A stretch of DNA of 64,000 bases from contig NC_086118.1 of the NCBI RefSeq assembly GCF_963921235.1, forward strand, positions 17,486,001 to 17,550,000. The letters run 5' to 3'. Source of the stretch: Mobula hypostoma. Taxonomy: Eukaryota. How positions within the stretch are numbered: the first letter of the stretch is position 1; each line of letters opens with the position of its first letter. Of the stretch, positions 63,178 to 64,000 are shown one piece after another. Below the pieces are notes generated by a model that worked only from the letters and a program-made list of their open reading frames with translations, ran no database searches and was not told the DNA's origin. Position numbers and translations under genes: made by a program.

Positions 63178-63968
63178 CAAACACACATAAAAGTTGCTGG
63201 TGAACGCAGCAGGCCAGGCAGCATCTCTAGGAAGAGGTGCAGTTGACGTTTCAGGCCAGGACCCTTCGTCAGGACTAACTGAAGGAAGAGTTAGTAAGGG
63301 ATTTGAAAGCTGGAGGGGGAGGGGGAGGGGGAGATGCAAAATGATAGGAGAAGACAGGAGGGGGAGGGATAGAGCCGAGAGCTGGACAGGTGATAGGCAA
63401 AAGGGGATACGAGAGGATCATGGGACAGGAGGTCTGGGAAGAAAGACGGGGGGGGGGTGACCCAGAGGATGGGCAAGAGGTATATTCAGAGGGACAGAGG
63501 GAGAAAAAGGAGAGTGAGAGAACGAATGTGTGCATAAAAATGAGTAACAGATGGGGTACGAGGGGGAGGTGGGGCCTTAGCGGAAGTTAGAGAAGTCAAT
63601 GTTCATGCCATCAGGTTGGAGGCTACCCAGACGGAATATAAGGTGTTGTTCCTCCAACCTGAGTGTGGCTTCATCTTTACAGTAGAGGAGGCCATGGATA
63701 GACATGTCAGAATGGGAATGGGATGTGGAATTAAAATGTGTGGCCACTGGGAGATCCTGCTTTCTCTGGCGGACAGAGCGTAGATGTTCAGCAAAGCGGT
63801 CTCCCAGTCTGCGTCGGGTCTCGCCAATATATAAAAGGCCACATCGGGAGCACCGGACGCAGTATGTCACCCCAGCCAACTCACAAGTGAAGTGTTGCCT
63901 CACCTGGAAGGACTGTTTGGGGCCCTGAATGGTGGTAAGGGAGGAAGTGTAAGGGCATGTGTAGCACA
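63178..63968 (-). mobile_element. Young Penelope-like element 3' part: GIY-YIG and pLTR
   Basis: Reverse near-copy of 22638-23410. Hammerhead core at 63241-63276. Confidence 0.92.
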
Positions 63969-63969
63969 T
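63577..63969 (-). pseudogene. GIY-YIG endonuclease domain, open frame, 5'-truncated
   Basis: CYTC..GVTYCVRCSRCGLLYIGETRRRLGDRFAEH..DMSIHGLLYC..QPDGMNIDFSNFR. Confidence 0.9.
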
Positions 63970-64000
63970 CCCATTCCCATTCTGACATGTCCCACATCCC

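Overview
Repeat-dominated eukaryotic genomic DNA, intronic or intergenic. The mix of CR1, Rex/Babar, L2, RTE, Penelope-like and Gypsy elements with tRNA-SINEs suggests a cartilaginous fish, probably a ray (inference). I found no host protein-coding exon that I can support; every recognisable ORF is transposon-derived. Main points: (1) young Penelope-like elements whose pseudo-LTRs (pLTRs) carry minimal hammerhead ribozyme motifs, including two TSD-flanked ~220-bp palindromic insertions made only of pLTR sequence; (2) 48 apparently identical 89-bp tandem units bounded by a 12-bp direct repeat; (3) a 31-nt exact U2 snRNA 5' fragment inside a non-autonomous RTE-derived element; (4) a Tf1/sushi-type Gypsy element with one LTR and a broken other end, inserted into a CR1 that stays contiguous; (5) a young AT-rich RTE with TSD; and (6) several nested insertions and MITEs. 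All family names come from motif recognition by eye, not from database searches.
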